The translations under genes were made by a program, and so were the position numbers. From assembly GCA_002633005.1 (NCBI GenBank), contig NMRA01000398.1, forward strand, positions 319,202-383,201: a DNA stretch of 64,000 nt, written 5' to 3'. The notes below the pieces were generated by a model that saw nothing but the letters and a program-made list of their open reading frames with translations, was not told the DNA's origin and searched no databases. This document shows, piece by piece, positions 62,347-64,000 of this stretch. Source of the DNA: Phoronis australis (lineage: Eukaryota; Animalia; Phoronida). Within the stretch, counting starts at the first letter, position 1. Every line of letters starts with the position of its first letter.

Positions 62347-64000
62347 CATGTCTTTATTCTTTGTTTTCCGGGTAAGTGAAGTTACGTTTGGCAAAAAAGC
62401 CCGCCAAGCAAATGACCAGCAACAAAAGGAAAGCAAGAACTGACGCCACAGCATAGAACACAGTGATGTTAACATATCCTCTACAGTCGTCGGTTTTGAA
62501 GTCCTCCTTGTATTGGTCTTTGTTTTCGGGCAATCCGTCTGTAAATAGACAGTGACATTCGGTCCAAAACCATGCATTTACATAACTTGCTTAAAGAGAG
62601 GAAGACGAGTTTTTGGTTATGTAACTGAAGCGGCTTAAAATTGAACTTTTGATTTGGATCATTTATCGCTATAAAACGGGTCTCAATTTTCTCCTTACAC
62701 CGATTAGAAAATATTTGCCAAAGAGCTGACATCTCGTTGCTTTTTGAGAATTTGCTCGGAGTGTTAGCAATAACGAATCGTATGTTCTTTGCAAACCCAA
62801 AAATCACGTCTACTCCGAGTACGGAACAAATGGATACTAATTCAAAATGGTTTAATGCCACGTAGGACCATTTCGACAAGTATTAATTTTACATTTAACC
62901 AAATAGGTGCTGAATTGCAATACATATAAGTATCAGATCAAACTTTACGTGTAACTTCGAAGCTTTTCCGTGGAAAATATTTCCAGTCCCTATTTAATAG
63001 CCTCTTATGCAAAGGGGAACATTTTAAAAATAATTTCGAACACCAGTTTAGAGAACCTGTCCTTAAGAAAAGTATTTTAAGTTTCGTATGAATCGAATCA
63101 GGCATTTCTGAGGTATGATTAGCCAAATAGACATTTTCTTGGTTTTTATATAATATTAACTGGGACATGTCACCAAATTTCATTTTGTATGAATGTTCAA
63201 GACGAAATCCAAAGAAAAATGTTATAGTTTCGAAATCATCATTTCGTTTACAATTTTAGAATTTTTCATTAAAACCTAAATGTGATACTTTTGGTAACCT
63301 CATATGCAAAACTGGAACATTTGGAAAACAATTCCTGATTTTGTTTTGGAGAACATAAAAGCAAGTTCATTTTCTAAAAGTTTCATGTGAGTCTGATTAT
63401 TCATTCCTACAATATGATGACATGCAGCATTTGGAGAGATGCTACAGAACTACATATAAATTTACCTTCGTTGGAGACTTTTAACTCCATCTCTAATACC
63501 TGTCTGACAGATTCACCGTCTGCAGACCTTCGTTTACGTCCAACTGTGCTACACGTATTTCCGTTCGTCTGAAACAGCAGCGCGTAAAATTTACCAAATG
63601 CTTCATATAAATTACAAGTAAGCACTTTTGATTTATCTAGAGTCCTCCACATTTAATGCCAAATAACTTACATTATATGGTTTTACTAATAAATATTACC
63701 TGATTTTTTGTTTCTCGCGAAAACTCTACGGTGACTTCATAAATGGTGGAGGTTTGGCCGTAAAACCTGAACGTTGTCATGTCAACACACATGGCTTTGC
63801 TCAAGGGATCGGTTGTGGGGAAACTGGGACCCACTTGAGTTATGGTGTTGGATTTGCATCTGAAAAGATACAACAATGAATAACTGAAATCTACAATGCC
63901 GCACGCACAGTATATTTCAAGTGCTGTTCGTGTATACAGGGGCAATTTAAGGCTCCTTGAGAATTTTCAGTGGTTTTCCAAACTGGCTAAAGCAAATAAT

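Overview
AT-rich animal (probably marine invertebrate) genomic DNA from a draft assembly, with one N-gap, three single-n joins and several near-identical duplicated blocks. It is not prokaryotic: genes are spliced at GT-AG and many repeats are present. Main content: (1) A cluster of three DEG/ENaC (ASIC/degenerin superfamily) channel genes, each with only two coding exons. Two are intact (34846-38078 +, 51786-54121 -). One is a pseudogene (12714-15400 -; 1-bp frameshift plus two TAG stops). (2) A six-exon gene with an F-BAR-like N-terminus and an acidic tail (23228-27430 +). (3) Kolobok-type DNA transposons. One is a young, internally deleted copy with 158-bp TIRs and TTAA TSD, carrying a THAP-DDE transposase convergent with a KolX/P2X7-ballast-like Cys-rich ORF (28065-30005). 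An older pair is nested in inverted orientation (2987-10344). (4) A 5'-truncated Penelope-like element with GIY-YIG endonuclease and a minimal hammerhead ribozyme just upstream of an ENaC gene. (5) A ~145-bp-period array of same-orientation CTCF-like motifs between the two intact channel genes. (6) Strong enrichment of TACATGTA; comparison of duplicated segments shows it arising repeatedly as +6-bp insertions at TA, resembling Tc1/mariner excision footprints. Also MITEs, a solo LTR-like insertion and microsatellites. All family assignments come from motif recognition by eye, not database searches.
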